Of a stretch of 64,000 nucleotides of DNA, positions 60,431 to 64,000 are shown in pieces. The first letter of the stretch is position 1; the number at the start of each line of letters is the position of its first letter. Made by a program: the position numbers and the translations under genes. The DNA is from Tubiluchus corallicola (Eukaryota; Animalia; Priapulida), in assembly GCA_030141605.1 (NCBI GenBank), contig JAQGDQ010000332.1, forward strand, positions 62,001 to 126,000, read 5' to 3'. The notes under the pieces are model-generated. The model had not been told where the DNA came from. It worked only from the letters and a program-made list of their open reading frames with translations, and made no database searches.

Positions 60431-63343
60431 TCACGTGCAAAACGATAACCATGCCTCGTGTAAAGTAGTTAATGCAGCTACGATGCTAGCAGTTCCTGTT
60501 GTAGCAGTAGTTGTCAGAGTAGAGATCATCTGATCGATGCTCGTAATGGTAGACATAAGTCCTGAGACGTCACTGAGCATCTGGCGGATGCTCGTTATTT
60601 CTGTAGCCTGATTATCCAGCTTTTCATGTAGTTTGTTTAAATCGGCGATTACGTCATCAAGTTTTGCGTTAACCTCTGCAACGGTGGTGAGTAGATCATT
60701 GTTCAAAGCCACATCCGTCTTCACGTCCGACTCCAACCATGTAACTTTTCTGTCCACTGTTGCTGCGATTAGACTAAAAATATTTTCTAATCTAAGCACC
60801 ATTTTAACGTTGTCAATCAAATTTTGGACACCAGACAACAGTGTTGAGGCAAGCGCGGTTAAGGCGTCAATGTCAATCGATCCCAGTTTACTATTTACAC
60901 TTTGGATAAATGTTTTTGCTTGAGTAATATCTGAATTAATAGTGACAGTATTGCTGTTTACGTCATTTACGTTTGCCATAACAACTAACAATTCAGACTG
61001 AGTGCTTGTCACAATACTATCTAAGTCATCGACCTTTTTATGAATTTTTGCAATTGTCCTCAACATGCTGTTAACCGTGCCTGTTACTACTAAAAGAAAT
61101 TTTTCTGCGTCGGCAACTAAAGCTAAAAAATCATCGGCCTTGCCATTAGCAGTTGTGATATGGCTGCTTAAACTGCTCGCGTCTGTTAATGAGCTAGGTA
61201 CTAAGTCACTAATTGCATTGAGCTTCTCATAAAGCGAAAAGAAATCTGCGGTTATATGCCAAGCAGAAAAAATTAAACTGATTACGCTTTTGTTGAGTGT
61301 TTCCTTTAGAGACGCATCTCCTTCAAGCACATAATCTTGTCCCTCCTCGGGTGCCTCGATATTCGTCAGTGATGTGAACTCTCCTTCTAACTCTTCTTTT
61401 GTTATTGAACCTATTGTATCTAGTGAAGAAGCTAAATCTGTTACTGCATGACGGACAATTTCATCCACTAACGTATCAAGGCCATGTGAATCTCCTAAAA
61501 CTGGCGGCACAATTGCAATATTTGGGGCTTGTGAAAAATTTTGATCAGACGCTGTTTCGGTCGTGGCTATATCTTGTTGCATCGTAAGAATACCTGTTGA
61601 TGATGCAACTGTAGTCTCTGCTGCGTTTGTTGCCTCAGTTTCATTTGACGTTAATAAAACTGCTGTAGTTTCTACTGTCTCACTCTCGTTGTCATTCTCG
61701 GTTATATCTTGTTCCACCATAAGAATACCTGTTGATGCAGCTGTGGTCTCTGCTGTGTTTGTTGAATCAATTTCACTTGACGTTAATAAAACTGCTGTAG
61801 TTTCTACTGTCTCACTCTCGTTGTCATTCTCGGTTATATCTTGTTCCACCATAAGAATACCTGTTGATGCAGCTGTGGTCTCTGCTGTGTTTGTTGAATC
61901 AATTTCACTTGACGTTAATAAAACTGCTGTAGTTTCTACTGTTTCACTCTCGTTGTCATTCTCGGTTATATCTTGTTCCACCGTAAGAATACCTGTTGAT
62001 GCAGCTGTGGTCTCTGCTGTGTTTGTTGCCTCAATTTCACTTGACGTTAATAAAACTGCGGTAGTTTCTACTGTCTCACTCTCGTTGTCATTCTCGGTTA
62101 TATCTTGTTCCACCGTAAGAATACCTGTTGATGCAGCTGTGGTCTCTGCTGTGTTTGTTGCATCAATTTCACTTGACGTTAATAAAACTGCGGTAGTTTC
62201 TACTGTCTCACTCTCGTTGTCATTCTCGGTTATATCTTGTTCCACCGTAAGAATACCTGTTGATGCAGATGTGGTCTCTGCTGTGTTTGTTGAATCAATT
62301 TCACTTGACGTTAATAAAACTGCTGTAGTTTCTACTGTCTCACTTTCGTTGTCATTCTCGGTTATATCTTGTTCCACCGTAAGAATACCTGTTGATGCAG
62401 CTGTGGTCTCTGCTGTGTTTGTTGCCTCAGCTTCAATTGACGTTAATAAAACTGCTGTAGATTCTGTTCTAAGCGTGTTACCCGTATTCATTGATGATGT
62501 AGATACTGTCTCACTCTCGATGTCATTTTCGGTCATATCTTGTTGCATCATAGAATTGCTTACAGATTCCTCTCCATTTTGAAACTGCGCCATGCTTTCA
62601 ACGTCATTCTGCTCTTGCCTTATCTGATCTGTTATGCCACTTTCTGGAGAAGAGACATTTGACAGTGGCTGGAAAATTTCTTCAGAAATAGTTTGCCCAC
62701 TGAGTAATCCACTTGTAATATTGTCAAAATCGTTTTCATCTGAAGCATCTGTAATTCTAATTTCATCAGTCTGTCCGAGCGCCGATGAAACTGTGATCGC
62801 ATTTACGGAATTTGTTTGTCCTGTTGTTTCTGAATCAGTATTTTCAGTTGTAGTGTGCATTGTCATTACTGCAGCTGTTGCTTGACTTCCAAAATCTGTT
62901 TTCCCTGCATCTAGTGCGTTTGTTGTAATGTCTGTAGTTTGTTTAGTTACACTTACTGCATGTGTCGTCACTTCAGCTTGCTCCGTCATTTCTGAAGTTC
63001 TAGCTTGGCCCTCAGTTTCATTTTGGTTGACCGCTTGTAACACTGCTTGCAGTATCGGTTGCAATACGCTTTGTAGCATTTCAAAAGCACTACTTGAACC
63101 TCCATTAGTTTGTGTGTTTGGTGGTGATCCTATTGTAGTTGTAACTGCAGTGCTTGTCAACTCGTTGTTTCTTTGCTCCTCTTCGGCTAGTGCTTCTCTA
63201 GTTTGAACTTTAGTTTCTACCACTACTGAAGACATTTCCGATGTTCCTTCGGTTGCATTTATTAGTGTTTGTTGTGCATCAGTTTCTTGTAAAATTACTG
63301 TTGTAACTAGTAACGTGATAATCCAGAAATGCGAGAAACGCAT
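60431..63343 (-). CDS. Secreted protein, paralogue C (970 aa): signal peptide, Thr/Ser/Glu-rich mucin-like region, 44-aa tandem repeats, C-terminal coiled-coil domain homologous to A and B
   Basis: Uninterrupted 2.9-kb ORF; MRFSHFWIITLLVTTVILQETDA signal; KIHKKVD and DLNKLHEKLD motifs; only Cys in SFCT*. Confidence 0.92.
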   Translation of the reverse strand: MRFSHFWIITLLVTTVILQETDAQQTLINATEGTSEMSSVVVETKVQTREALAEEEQRNNELTSTAVTTTIGSPPNTQTNGGSSSAFEMLQSVLQPILQAVLQAVNQNETEGQARTSEMTEQAEVTTHAVSVTKQTTDITTNALDAGKTDFGSQATAAVMTMHTTTENTDSETTGQTNSVNAITVSSALGQTDEIRITDASDENDFDNITSGLLSGQTISEEIFQPLSNVSSPESGITDQIRQEQNDVESMAQFQNGEESVSNSMMQQDMTENDIESETVSTSSMNTGNTLRTESTAVLLTSIEAEATNTAETTAASTGILTVEQDITENDNESETVETTAVLLTSSEIDSTNTAETTSASTGILTVEQDITENDNESETVETTAVLLTSSEIDATNTAETTAASTGILTVEQDITENDNESETVETTAVLLTSSEIEATNTAETTAASTGILTVEQDITENDNESETVETTAVLLTSSEIDSTNTAETTAASTGILMVEQDITENDNESETVETTAVLLTSSEIDSTNTAETTAASTGILMVEQDITENDNESETVETTAVLLTSNETEATNAAETTVASSTGILTMQQDIATTETASDQNFSQAPNIAIVPPVLGDSHGLDTLVDEIVRHAVTDLASSLDTIGSITKEELEGEFTSLTNIEAPEEGQDYVLEGDASLKETLNKSVISLIFSAWHITADFFSLYEKLNAISDLVPSSLTDASSLSSHITTANGKADDFLALVADAEKFLLVVTGTVNSMLRTIAKIHKKVDDLDSIVTSTQSELLVVMANVNDVNSNTVTINSDITQAKTFIQSVNSKLGSIDIDALTALASTLLSGVQNLIDNVKMVLRLENIFSLIAATVDRKVTWLESDVKTDVALNNDLLTTVAEVNAKLDDVIADLNKLHEKLDNQATEITSIRQMLSDVSGLMSTITSIDQMISTLTTTATTGTASIVAALTTLHEAWLSFCT
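61565..62545 (-). repeat. Coding minisatellite, 132-bp unit, 6 full copies plus partial flanks
   Basis: Unit EQDITENDNESETVETTAVLLTSSEIDSTNTAETTAASTGILTV; DNA period 132 (e.g. GTTCCACCATAAGAATACC at 61711 and 61843). Confidence 0.97.
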
Positions 63344-64000
63344 TGTGGAGACTCGTGTGCGCGTTTAGTCTTATAAACTCAACAACAGTTCTCGCGAAAT
63401 GCGCCGCTTTGCAATCTGTTAAATCCCATTCTTACAATTCTACATTTATGAATAATTCATTAGGAAAACAAATCTATGTTCCAAGCCATTAGGTCAGTTG
63501 CAAAACATACTAAAACGGCATGACAGACCTTTCACATACGTTGGTGACCTCAATTCTAATGAACTTGTTATTGGAAGTTTTAGAGCAGAATCCTGCTTTC
63601 GAACTGATATTTTTCTTCAGTTATTCTGGTATATGACTGTCTTATAAAGAACGCACTACATTCCCCATTACGCATGCGTTTTATTCCTTATCATTTTATG
63701 TGGTTTACAAAATATCGGCAACTTTTCTAAGCACACAAATATATGTCACCGGTTATATTTTCATTTTTGTCACGTTCATTTAATCATGTCCTAATGCGAA
63801 TATCATTTTTAATCAATTTCGTTGGGTCAGTGCACAACTTCAAAGAATAATTAATATGGTAAGCCTATATGTAATGGAAAACGTTACTTGTGATGCCAGG
63901 CACGGTTCACCGGGAAAGCATACATAGCTCGAGAAATAATGGCGGTACTGATAACAAAATGACAATTTTGAATTGAGTGCTTTACTTTTACGGTTCACTA

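Noticed and set aside
61563-62582. 339-aa plus-strand ORF
   Set aside because: Antisense shadow of the 132-bp coding repeat of paralogue C

Overview
AT-rich metazoan (invertebrate-like) nuclear DNA with spliceosomal GT-AG introns, many microsatellites and decayed transposons; no prokaryotic features. Genes reconstructed by hand from splice sites and reading frame: (1) a 5-exon secreted protein with a furin site, an acidic linker and four EGF domains (- strand, 3284-8071); (2) a solitary intron-containing, apparently polyadenylated histone H4 (- strand); (3) a 4-exon MARCH1/8-like RING-CH E3 ligase (+); (4) FBXO22 (-) head-to-head with (5) 5-exon NDUFB8 (+). The most unusual part is (6) a tandem array of three same-strand, single-coding-exon, secreted paralogues at 49-63 kb that I cannot assign to a known family. 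They share a ~300-aa heptad-patterned domain with His motifs 138-140 residues apart, a single C-terminal Cys and a common upstream AATAATTCAT motif; one carries an added acidic 44-aa repeat array. They may encode a hetero-oligomeric secreted coiled-coil material. No database search was possible, so all family calls rest on motif recognition.
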